In this document: one piece after another, positions 43,998-55,634 of the stretch | How the letters are laid out: the number at the start of each line of letters is the position of its first letter | Position numbering within the stretch: position 1 is the stretch's first letter | Source of the DNA: Eledone cirrhosa | Lineage: Eukaryota | DNA: 64,000 nucleotides | NCBI GenBank assembly: GCA_964016885.1 | Contig: OZ024740.1 | Location: 339,946,001-340,010,000 of the forward strand | Direction of reading: 5' to 3' | Notes under the pieces: generated by a model | What the model was told of the DNA's origin: nothing | Databases searched by the model: none | The model's input: only the letters and a program-made list of their open reading frames with translations | Position numbers and translations under genes: made by a program

Positions 43998-45578
43998 ATA
44001 GCTAAAAGTAAACCCCTATACTTAGCTTTTGTTGACTTGGAGAAAGCCTTTGACAGAGTACCCCGCTCGATTATCTGGTGGGCCCTTAGAAAACTAGGTG
44101 TAGATGAATGGCTTGTGAGAGCTATACAAGCCATGTATAAAGAAACAGTCAGCAAGGTTAGAATTAACAACGAATATAGTGAAGAGTTTAGCGTAAAAGT
44201 TGGTGTTCATCAGGGCTCCGTCCTTAGCCCCCTCCTATTTATTATTGCCCTAACAGAGGAGTTCAAGACCGGCTGCCCATGGGAACTCCTATATGCAGAT
44301 GATCTAACGCTCATAGCTGAATCAATGGCCGAACTAGAGAAGAAATTCCAAATATGGAAGCATGGCCTAGAATCAAAAGGCCTTAAAATTAACCTGTCTA
44401 AGACTAAAGTTCTAGTTTGTAGGAAGGAAAATAGGGCACCAGTCCCATCTGGGAAATGGCCATGCTCAGTGTGTAGGAAAGGAGTAGGCAGAAACTCCAT
44501 TTTATGTCCCAAATGCAAAGTATGGGCGCATAAAAGATGTAGTGGGATCACAGGTAAACTAACTAAGAATATAGATTTTATATGTGGCCGGAGCTCTGGT
44601 GCAATAAGTAGCAGCAAGTGCCCACAGAATACTAGCTCATTCCATTGCACAGATGGTTCTATAGAAATAGTGGACACCTTCCGTTATCTGGGTGACAAAA
44701 TCGGCAGTGGTGGAGGATGCTCTGAAAGTACAGTAGCTAGAGTCAGAACGGGATGGAAAAAGTTCAGAGAGCTTATACCACTATTGGCCGCTAAAGGGTT
44801 CTCTCTAAAAATGAAAGGCAGGCTGTATGATGCCTGCATACGAACAGCAATGTTGCATGGCAGTGAGGCCTGGGCATTGTGTGCAGAGGATATACGCAGA
44901 CTGGAGAGGAACGAAGCTTGCATGCTCCGCTGGATGTGTAATAGTAATATATGTGAACGGCAAAGCATAAACGAACTAAGGGAGAAATTAGGAATAAGAG
45001 GGATCAGATGCTGTTTACTTGAGAGAAGACTACGTTGGTATGGTCACGTGATGCGCATGAAAGACGACAGCTGTATAAAAAAGTGCAGGGCAATAAAAAT
45101 AGACGGTAGCCACGGAGTAGGCAGACCCAGAAAAACCTGGGACGACTTGATAAATTCCGACCTCACACCTCTCCAAGACAATGTCACTTGACCGAGATAT
45201 TTGGGACCACACAGTAATACAGAAGACCCGCCTTGCCTAAGTACAAAGCGAAGCCTACAGTCAGTAGGCACCTCTAACAAAAATACACCCCGGCCCCACT
45301 ACCCCCACCCCATCCACACCACCCCTTCCAATGTAAAGTTATGTTGGTACCACAACATCCAGTCCACGCTGTAATGTGGCCGTGTAGGTAACACCGTAAA
45401 AACCTCCCAGTCCACACTGTAAACGTGGTTGGTGTTAGGAAGGGCATCCAGCTGTAGAAAACCCGCCAGACAGTCCTATACGAGCAAGACAACCAATCTT
45501 GCCTCAAGTGGGAAAATTCCCGTCCAAACCCATGCTAGCGTGGAAGATGGGCGTTAAACGATGATGATGATGATGATA
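43993..45578 (+). mobile_element. 5'-truncated RTE LINE with a Cys-rich (PHD-like) insertion in the RT
   Basis: AFVDLEKAFDRVPR, GVHQGSVLSPLLF, LLYADD, WPCSVC..CPKC..HKRC, FRYLG, MLHGSEAW, RRLRWYGHV. 3' UTR ends GGCGTTAAACGATGATG; starts after (TA)n. Confidence 0.93.
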
Positions 45579-45773
45579 TACACATATATACATTTATGTC
45601 TATATATATATATATTATACGTACTGTAAAAACATTGATGTAATTCAATTCGAGAACTCAACACGCATTTTCCACACAGGAGTTATGGACCTTTTTTAGA
45701 ATAAGGAAATATACATATGTATATACTAGCATGGAAGGTGGACGTTAAATGGCGACGATGATGATGATACATA

Positions 45774-46825
45774 TCTCTATATATATAAAACAGAGGATGT
45801 CTGTCTGTCTGTGTAAATCCCTAAAACTCAAGAAGTACCTGACCGATTTTTTTCAAACTTTACACGTGTTACCTATATTTCTTGAAGTGCAATGGGTTAA
45901 AAAAAATTTAATTTTTTCTGCCCTAGGGCCCGCATTAGGCATTTTTAGGCTTTTTTGAGGTGTAACTTAAAGATAATCCAGCCGATTTCCTCGAAATTTG
46001 CAGCACACATTAGTTAGTCCCCTCGCATTGCTGTGGACAAAAGATATTCCGATTCCATTAATGGCTTCTAGGAAATTTACAAATTAGCATTGGGCATTAC
46101 TTTTAAGCAGGACCATTTTCGGGGGATTGAGGAAATGAGGAGGACCTTAAAATTTTTGTCAGCACCCTGTTGATACTTCGTGCTTTCATCACGCGCAAAT
46201 CTGGGCCCTGTGTATGTTGCTGTGTTATTGACACTGTAAAACTCACATCTGTGCTACTTCTACTAAGACCCCTTTTGTTGCACCTACACCACAGTATAAA
46301 AGCCCTGTGCAAGTACGCCGAATAGTGGTTGTGCTAATTCCGCGATGACCCCTTTTGTTGCACCTTTGTTGCTGTGTAAACGCAGTGCAACCAGTGCCGC
46401 CCAGCATTTGTACTAATTGCACTATGACCCCCTTCTGCTGCAGCTGCGTTGCCACGCTGATTTTGTCATCTCAATATCCCTACTTAAATGTACATCCCTA
46501 CTTGGTTTTCACACAAATGACTACGTCGCCCCTTTCAAACTGACGCGTGTTCCCCATCCGTGACATAATTCATGAACAGACTTACGACATACATCGCCCC
46601 ACAACACTTACTTACTCTTTTCGCATACAGGATTTCCGCAATCAGCCCACTGACACCGCTACTACTGGATTCGGCCTGCTGGTGTTCTACATTTGTAGTA
46701 GATGAACAATCATTCCTTGAGAATAAGGGAATTCAAAAAGGAGAAAGCTACATTCCTCAATCTTTGCATATGCTAGTTGCTATTTCATGTGTCCTACCCT
46801 GTGCAATGCCGGGTCCTGATGCTAG
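45774..46825 (+). mobile_element. complete non-autonomous Helitron-type element
   Basis: A|TCTCTATATATATAAAAC..(GTCT)n 5' end; 3' CCCTGTGCAATGCCGGG hairpin + CTAG|T; no TSD. Confidence 0.8.
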
Positions 46826-46857
<32 letters not shown>

Positions 46858-47724
46858 TATACATATATATACACATATACATTTATATATAGTGTATTAA
46901 TATGTAACATTCAATTACTGATAGTTCAAGTTTCAGTACTCAATGGTAATATGCCGATCTGGCTCCTGATGTGGGATTCTATATTTGCGTCTTCGTCAGT
47001 TTTGGTATCCATAATAAGCACAGTGTCAATAATATTAAGAAGCGAGAATCAATATAGAATCAATATATTTTTTCTTCACATGTGCTGTGCATTTCACAAT
47101 TAATCAGCTCATGGTTTGATCGGTAATATTTGTATATATAAGGTTTCTTGGTGAGGAGGGTGACTTTGGACATCTTGCAGGACTAAAAACAAAACCTGTC
47201 AAAGGGCAAAGGAGCTCTTAAGAGTCAATGGCCATCCAAAATCACTGGGAGAGATGACCCCTTAGCCTTTGTCAAGGCAGAATTCTAGGAGAAGGAAAAC
47301 TCTGATATAACACCTGCAACCCTGATGGTATCCAATGATGTTGACTTGTTCTTCTTTTTGGTAAATATCATCTTGGTTAAGAGAGTGGGACTGGCTTTGT
47401 GCAGTGCCTTTGCTCACTATAAAAGCTTCACGGCACAGGCATTGCTTTATATCTGGAGATCTCTCTGCACTTGTCATCATATGGTACCATGGGCCCAGCA
47501 CTATGTGTCAATAATTGTCACAAGTGTAGTGTTTGTACCAGAGTTTTCAAGTCGCTGGCTGGACTAAAAAGTCACACTTGTTCAGCGCATCGGTAGGGGT
47601 TCTCCTACATGGATATAAAGTAGTGGCCGTACTCGAAAACGAGTTGGCAGCCACTATATCTATGTACAGTGAACTGGATGAGTACATACATCTATGTACG
47701 CATTTTATTGTTGAAACAGAACTA

Positions 47725-48175
47725 TCAATTTACACAGTAGACTGGGTGTATGTTATTGTGGCACCAACACTACCACTTTACAATGTGGACTAGGCACATG
47801 TTATTGTGGCACCAGCACTACAATTTTATACAATGCACTACAACTTCACAAAGTGGACTAGGTGAATTTTCTCATGGCACCAACACTACCACTTTTCACA
47901 GTGGACTGGGTGCATTTTATTGTGGCACCAACACTACCACTTTACAGTGTGGAGTGGATGTATTTTATCATGGTACTAACATTACCACTTTATACAGTGT
48001 ACTGAATACATTTTGTTATGGCATCAACACTATCACTTTACACAGTGTACTGAACACATTTTGTTGTGGTATCAATACTACCACTGTACACAGTATACTG
48101 AACACATTTTGTTATGGCATCAACACTACCACTTTACAGTGTACTGAACACATTTTGTTGTGTCATCAACACTAA
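47725..48175 (-). repeat. ~38-bp tandem units (GGCACCAACACTACCACTTTACAGTGTGGACTGGGTGCATTTT-like) from the RTE-tail SINE body
   Basis: About 11 degenerate units; the same unit occurs at 18285-18440, 22570-22780 and 58380-58590. Confidence 0.8.
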
Positions 48176-49293
48176 GGAGCTTTTCATGTACTTGGCAAGA
48201 GTGATTTTGTTTAAAAATTACATTAAGCATGCAAGTGTCTATGGAATATTCTGCTATAACCGCTATAATTTCAAAGTATGTAGTTCAATCAGAAACTCAT
48301 CACTGAACCTGAGGGAGATCCAGTTACTTCATTACTCACTCTATTGTAAACAGACTAAACTCCCTAAATCCCTCCTCATGTCTTTTATTTTTATTTTTTG
48401 TTTTGTTTTGATTTTTTCTGGAGAGGGGGTGAGGTGCAGGCATTGAAATGTAGAGTGGGCATCAACTGCCTCTACCTTACTAGTCTGGTAATCTCTGCAA
48501 AGTTCACAAGGACCACCTCTCCTTCCTTAATTAACATCATCATCATCATCATTGGACGTCTACTTTCTACGCTGGCATGAATTTGATGGCCATTACAGCG
48601 TAAGCCTGTTTTTACTCAGAGATACTTTCCTCCTTGATGGGTCAGAGAACCTCGTCTCACTCATATATTCCATTTTTGGCATGCTTTTTAAGGCTGGAGA
48701 CCCTTCTTAATACCAACCACGTTACAGAATGTACTGAATGCATTTTATCATGGTACCAGCACTTCATAACAAATTAAAGAGTCCACTTTATCCTGCTTTA
48801 TCTCTGATTGCCAACCACTTCACAGAGTATACTGGATGCATTTTATCATGATACTAACACTAGAGAGGTTGTCATGTTTTTGACAAGACTACAAAGCTCT
48901 CTGTACTCTACATTGTCTCCATTCTAAACATGAAGGATTTTCTCTCAAAATTATTTCAGAATAACAGCAGTAGTTAATTATAAGATAAACTGGAATTCAT
49001 CACAAAAATTTATTTCATTTTTTTAACAGTTCTTTAATCAAAAAAAAATATTTTTGTTTACATTAAAAGGCATTATTTTTGTTTGTGATTTTTTTTTGAT
49101 TTTTTTATTTCACACAGAAGTAAAAATAGTTCATTATTTTCTTTAAATCTAAAATACATTTCAAAGTTTACTTTATACATTTAATTAACAAGGGATAGTT
49201 ATGAATAAGTATTTTTAGTGGAACCATGTTAAGAAATAGCAACATTTTGTTTAAAAAAAAGAATATTTTGAAAATATTTTCTTCAATTTTTAC

Positions 49294-49346
49294 TTAGATA
49301 ATATTATTCAATATGTCATCAAGTTCCTTTAAGTTGTTCGTTTCCG
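49294..49346 (-). CDS. probable last exon of the minus-strand repeat glycoprotein gene
   Basis: Strong acceptor ctttcatcttttgtcttttcacAG. Phase 1 gives (A)ETNNLKELDDILNNII*, compatible with the donor at 59516; followed by AT-rich UTR-like sequence. Confidence 0.5.
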
Positions 49347-50749
49347 CTGTGAAAAGACAAAAGATGAAAGTAATATGCAGAATAAGTCAAAAAGATTAAG
49401 TAGCATATAATAAACTGATGTGTAAACTGACTGAAACTACCCCTGGTTCTACAATACAAAACCAACAATTTTAAAGTGTTTATCATTATTATTGTTGCTG
49501 TTTTATATCTATTTTCTATACTTGCATGGGTTAAACAGGGTGACACCTTCCGAGGCTAGACAGGTCAGATGATTGCATTTTATTCTGGTATGTTTTCTAT
49601 GGCTGGAGACCCTTTCTAATGCCAACGACTTCACAGCACATACTGACTGCCTTTTACCATGGTACCAGCACTATCACTTTACAGGGTGAACTGGGTTATT
49701 TTTTATTATAACACCAGAACTACCACTTTTTATTCTGTGTAATAGATAATTAAATATAGTAACCACAGGTTAAGAGGTTGTAGTTTTGTCACATTATACG
49801 TGGTTGAAATGATTTTAAAAAAATTTTTTCATTGAATTTATCAGTGGATTAAAATCAAAAACAAACTTCAATAACCCAGCCTTTGCATATACTAATACTT
49901 CTGTGTCATGTAGTGATATATTACAGTTATACAGTAAACTGCATCATATGATTTGTGATAGATTATAGCATAGCATATATATGAACACTCTTAATGATTA
50001 AAATCTATTCAATGAAAATGTTATAGATATCATTATGCATGTTATAAAAACTCTGCTCTTTAATAAAGATTTTGTCTAGGTTAAACAAACTGACAGGATT
50101 GTATGTAAGTGAGATGTGGGATCCTGGCCCAGCTAAGAGGCCAGTAGCTTTATTTGGATACTGTCTGTAACAAGCCAATTAACCATTGTTGATAGAAAAC
50201 AGACGTTAAATGATGATGATAATGATGAGATTCATTTGATTGGGTATTTAGCTTAAATTTCTGGTCAGACTAACAGAGTTTGAAGTAAAGAGATATCGTC
50301 AAATGTTTAAGAAACAATATCATTCCGGGCGTCTTCCTTCATTGCCTGGTCCAAATCCTGTGTATGTCTAAAGTTGCTCTCCAAGATGCAGACTTGAGCA
50401 ATGTTTCTGTGGAAGATCAGCAATTGCCCATACATACATGTCGCCACTACCCACACCACTATGTTGTTCAAGGGAAAGGCAAGGGCCAATACAACTTGAC
50501 CTCATTGACATCACAGGTGAACTCAGAATGCAAAAGGCTGAAAACAATATCACAAGGCATCACATCCAACACTACCAATTCTGCCAATCTACCACCCTCA
50601 ATCGGTATTTTATTTATTAACTCCCAAAGAATGGAAGGCAAAGTTGACTTTGGTGAGATTTGAATGCAGAGCACAAAGAACAGATACCATAAGACATTTA
50701 GTCTAATTTTCAAATGATTCTGCCAATTCACTGCCTTTCATTTGCCTAT

Positions 50750-51480
50750 ATATCCAATAAAAACTTTATGAAGGATAAATATTACATTTCATTTAGAAAA
50801 GATCTTATAAACACCTTCAAAAATTTCAACCTCAAAGTAATAATCTCCACTAACCTAAATATTGTAAATTTATTAAACATTACCATCAACCACAGATAAA
50901 TACAAACTTTAAAGTAAAGTTAATGGAAAACTTATTCTATTACTATGCTATTACATGTTCCAGTCGAAAGGCTGAGGCCATGCTAGGGCACTGCCATTAA
51001 AGAAGTTGCCATCAGCTGCTATGAGGAATTGAACCCCATATCTCCCAGATACCGGCTAGACGCTTTAACCATTAAGCTAAGGAGCTGTTATATATATATT
51101 AATATAGATTCCTGCCACTAACCTCTAGTGTTCCAAAGCTTGAATAATAACATTAACAGAAGAATCATTAAATAAAGACATCTTTAGTAATGCTGATCCC
51201 TACTTCAATAAATCCCTAGAAGCTAATAGCTTCAAAAATAAAACCACATATCTCTAACCCACATCTCATCAACACCATCTAATAGTAAAAATACACAATA
51301 TCTGGTTTACATTTTTTTTTCTTCCTTAAACAATAAATCTAATGTTGATAAAATCTTCATAGCCTTATTAAAGTATTTTTCAATCAACCACCAATTCAGA
51401 GAACTATTCAACAGAAACAACTTTAAATTGAGTTACAGCTGCAACACCAACAAACTTAATAATATGTAAAACAACTAAAT
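50750..51480 (+). mobile_element. highly decayed Naiad-like Penelope RT fragment
   Basis: RKDLINTFKNFNLKVIISTNLNIVNLLNIT, NINRRI, FRELFNRNNFKLSYSC. Confidence 0.6.
50955..51086 (-). mobile_element. tRNA-derived SINE with a well-preserved tRNA-like head
   Basis: Minus strand GCTCCTTAGCTTAATGGTTAAAGCG-TCTAG-CCGGTAT-CTGGG-AGATATGGGGTTCAATTCCTCAT: A and B boxes present, acceptor stem imperfect, followed by SINE tail GGCAGTGCCCTAGCATGGCC. Confidence 0.7.
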
Positions 51481-52080
51481 TAACTGAGGCCAAACATACA
51501 TTCAGAAATACAAATTCATGTTCCTCTTAATGTCATAGATATTATATAATTTGGTTGAATTTATTATCAGATGATTGCTTCACATAATCTGATCATGAAA
51601 TATGATGTATTATCACTCTAGACTATATTGTGATGAATGGATGGATGAAAGAATAGACAGATATATGGATAGATAGATATAGACTACATGTATGTATATG
51701 TGTGTATAGATATATAAATGCACAGGTGTTGGTGTACACATATATTCACAATAGTATATATGCATGCATATATACACATGCACAGTCTTGTATGCTTTCA
51801 GATGAGTTTTGTAAACCTTTATTTGTTTGTATGTATGCATACACCTTATACATAATTGAGTGTGCCTATGCGTATATATGTGTGTGTTTATATGTGTGCA
51901 TAGATGCATTTGTGTGTATATGCTTAGTCATTTGTATGTATATGCATGTGTGTGCAATATCAGATTTATAGATATATATGTGTATCTATTGTATATATGA
52001 GTAGTTGGGCAGAGAAATACATGCATTTGTTCTAGGTATATCTACATTCAAATTTATGTATTTGTTGGTCCTATTTGCTC

Positions 52081-52115
<35 letters not shown>

Positions 52116-52269
52116 TACAGTGAACTAGACAAATTAAGTTTGTGCTAGCCCACCAAAATTTCCCACTCACTCAATAATTTCATGGCACCTGCATTTTTGA
52201 GGTGCAGGCTGGTAATTCAGAATGCACAAATTAGTCAGTCAGTGGCAAAATCGGTGTTATGTGGGACTC

Positions 52270-53256
52270 AGACTCAGAAGCTCCCGCGTCTTGCGATGCA
52301 TGAGGCAATCATAGTGTTCCATCGCGTTCGGTCAGCAGCCAGTTGCACAGCATCCCGCCATTGTCTGTTTGTCACCCGCAGGTCCCTCTCAACTGTCTGG
52401 CGCCAGTTCATTTTGGGTTGCTCTCTCCGTCTGCTTCTCTGTGGGCTCCATTTAAGTACTTGGTTCGTCAGTCTCTCCGGGGGAAGTCTCAAAAGCGTGT
52501 CCAAACCACCCAGGCATCGCTTGCAGATGGTAGAAGAGACTAGCTGCTGGTTGGTGCGGTTCCTGACTTCCTGGTTTGTTACATGGTCACTCCATTTAAT
52601 CCCCTGGATCTTTCGCAGACATCTGGAATCGAATGCGTCCAACTTCTCTTGGCTGGTCTTAAGGTGCCATGTTTCACTTCCGTACAAGAGTGTGGACAGC
52701 ACATTGCTGTTGTAGAATCTCATCTTTGTTTTGAGGGTGAACTTCCTGCTCTTCCAGATCTTGTCAAGCTGGTTAAATGCTGCTGAAGCCTTTCCCATTC
52801 TACATTGCAGTTCACTGTCCATGGTACCCTCATTGTTAATGGAGCTTCCTAGGTAGGTGCAGTTGTCCACTATCTCCACCTCCCCCTGTTCAATGAAGAC
52901 ACTAGTTGGTGATGGGTGTGTCCCAGATAACATGCTTTTGGTCTTCTTGGCACTGATATTGAGACCTAAGCTTCCTGCTTCGACATTGATATTGTTCACA
53001 ATGATTTGCAGGTCAGCTGTGCTCTCTGCAGCAATATCGCCCGCAAAGACAACTTTTGCTCTCCCACCCAAGATATACCCTGGTCTTTAGACGCTCTTCT
53101 TAGTACCCAGTCAATGGCTATGTGGGAGGACTATACAAATCTGCTGCGGACAAAACGATATCACTGGTTTTTTTAATGCATCCCATGCACTGATGTGCAA
53201 GTGCTGCACCCAATGTGTGGAAGCTATGCACTAATTCCAGAATCATCCAGAAAAAA
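52270..53256 (-). mobile_element. decayed RTE-clade LINE 3' part
   Basis: AIDWVLRR, FAGDIA (from FADD), GLNISAKKTK, TYLGS, NVLSTLLYGSETW, WRQTVERDL. Confidence 0.88.
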
Positions 53257-53258
53257 AC

Positions 53259-53289
<31 letters not shown>

Positions 53290-53550
53290 CATACATATCT
53301 ATCTAAAGACATTTTTTCCAATTCCAACCCACCCTTCCCCTCAATCTATCTTATTTCTCATTCTTTCTTCTGATGAAGGACTAGCATCCAAAACGTTAAG
53401 GCCCTCTTCCTGCTATATCAAGCATTAACCTAATATATCCCTTCCATATACTGTACCGATTGTTATTTCTGTTTAACTTTTACACACACATATATATATA
53501 AATATATATATATATATAAGAATATTTTCAAAACAGTGAGTGGGTTTGAA

Positions 53551-53786
53551 ATTATTAGAAATGTAAGCTATTGCCGTATTTTGACTAAAGAAATTAAAGA
53601 AATTATTTAGCCTGATAGTGGCGTTAAGAACCCTCGAAAAAATGGAAAAAGATGAGTATTGACGTACATGTACGTCAATACTCATCTTTTTCCATTTTTC
53701 CGAGGGTTCTTAACCCCACTATCACGCTAAATAATTTCTTTAATTTCTTTAGTCAAAATACGGCAATAGCTTACATTTCTAATAAT
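53551..53786. repeat. spacer-less palindrome with ~118-bp arms
   Basis: Centre ..GAGTATTGACGTACATGTACGTCAATACTC..; both strands translate as MSIDVHVRQYSSFSIF in the ORF track. Confidence 0.92.
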
Positions 53787-53797
53787 ATATATATATA

Positions 53798-55450
53798 TGT
53801 TGTTATACTTGGGGAGGGTCATATTGTTGTAATAATATTGCCAGAATTAATAACAGAACACACTCACTGTTTGGTTGGTTTTCGCTCCTGTATCTTTTAT
53901 ATCAGTTAATTCATTCGGTCCTCAATGTTTACCATTGACTGACCAACAGTCAAAAATACAGATATAATATAGACACAAACACATATATATAGTCTAACAA
54001 AGTTCTTTCGTTGCACATCTGCAACATCGTCAGTGGTGCTATTATGTTCCTCCTGTTGTATTGTATATCTACGCCATCTTTATTTAATCTGCTTATTTAT
54101 TTATTTTTATTTATATTTCTCTTAGGTCAGTATTGTTTGTTTGGGTGTTGTTGTTATTCCATTCATTTTTTTCTGTTTAGCTTTGGCCTTCTAAGTTCTA
54201 TTTCACTTGCCTCTCTGATTTGCCTATCTGCTGGGTCATTTCTATGTTTAGACATTATTTTAATCTCTATGTTGTCTATGTTACCGTCATGTTGTTGTCT
54301 GGCGTGTTCGTATAGTACTGAACCGTTTTTCACCTTTTAGTTCCCCCTAGTGTTGGTCTATCCTTCCACCTATGCTACGAGCTGTCTCACCTATGTATGT
54401 TGTTGTCATGTTTCTGCAAGTACCCTCTGTACATCTTATGCTATAGACTACGTTTCTAGTTTTACAGTTTATCCGGGGGTTTACTTTACATATAATACAT
54501 TTCTTATTAGTACAGTGGTTTTGCTGATCAGGGATTTTATGGTAGTTCCTGGCTTTTCTACCACCTTAATATTTAAGTGGGTCTTTCTCAGGGTCTTTCT
54601 ACACTGGTTAGTTAATTTCCTTCCAGGGGTAGCATCCACGAACATGACGCTCTGGTATCTCTAGTTGTCATATCATGAGGTGGCTTTCCCTATCTTATGT
54701 TTAGTCCTATCTAAGCTATTCCATGATTTGCTCCTGTATAATGGGCAAATTCCTTTCATGTCCAGTTCTATGAGGGTCTTACACTTCTCCGTGGCTCCTT
54801 CGTATACTCTGATTCTGTCTCTTTGGTTGTAGCCAGAGAACTGCATGCGGTTGATGAAGTGTTGGATGTTGGATGTGTCTTTCCATTTCTGTTGGGTCGC
54901 ACATGCGGGACACGTTCTTCATCACTCGTACCAAGTCTGCGATCAGAATATTAAACTTAGCACTACTGGACATTGCTGAGTTTTTGAATATCAGGTATTT
55001 GGAGGCTATAGGTTTAGCGTAGTGTGAGTGGAGAATTTGGGCCCTCTCGTCTATAGTGTTAATCCAGAGTTCCGTGTCTAATACACGTAGTCTACTGTTA
55101 AGGTGTTTGGAAGGATAGTCGATAGTTACAGTTATACTCTGATGTATGGAATTAGCTATCTGCTGGATGCTTTCCATTGTGCTACGTTCTAAATCAAACT
55201 TGTTAGTGCTCTCTTGTGGGGATGTCCTTATTACTATATTAATGTCGTCTACGTAACTCGAGTACATGATGAGGTCTATGGAGCTCTCATCAAGATCTTT
55301 GAGTCTCCTTTCCCACGATACCATAAAAAGGTTGGCAATGTCACAAGCTATGCTGACGCCAATGGTTGCCCCCTCATTTTGGGTGTAGATCTTCTCGTTG
55401 AATTTGAATATGTGGCCCTTTAGGGTAGTTTTAATACTAGCACCTATTGT
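53798..55450 (-). mobile_element. Penelope-like element, left arm of an inverted pair
   Basis: YSSYVDDINI, VLDTELW, HYAKPIAS; reverse-complement homologue of 55635-57430. Confidence 0.9.
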
Positions 55451-55634
55451 AGACCCATAAGAGGTAGATCCCCCCCCCCCATTGAGGTTATGGTGTGGGG
55501 TCTACCTCTTATGGGTCTACTGGGGCAAAAACGACTCCCATGGGAAGGTGGATTGGGTGGACCCCAAAAAACAATGATCAGGTAAGAAAAATGGTTGCAC
55601 ATGCAATAGGGACTAATATTAAAACTACCCTAAG

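Noticed and set aside
47725-48175. Repeat ORF (GTNTTTLHSGL..) or repeat-spacer array
   Set aside because: Tandem subunits of the abundant RTE-tail SINE body found at several other places in the window
51010-51086. Functional tRNA gene (GGT anticodon-like)
   Set aside because: Acceptor and T stems are imperfect and it runs directly into a SINE tail
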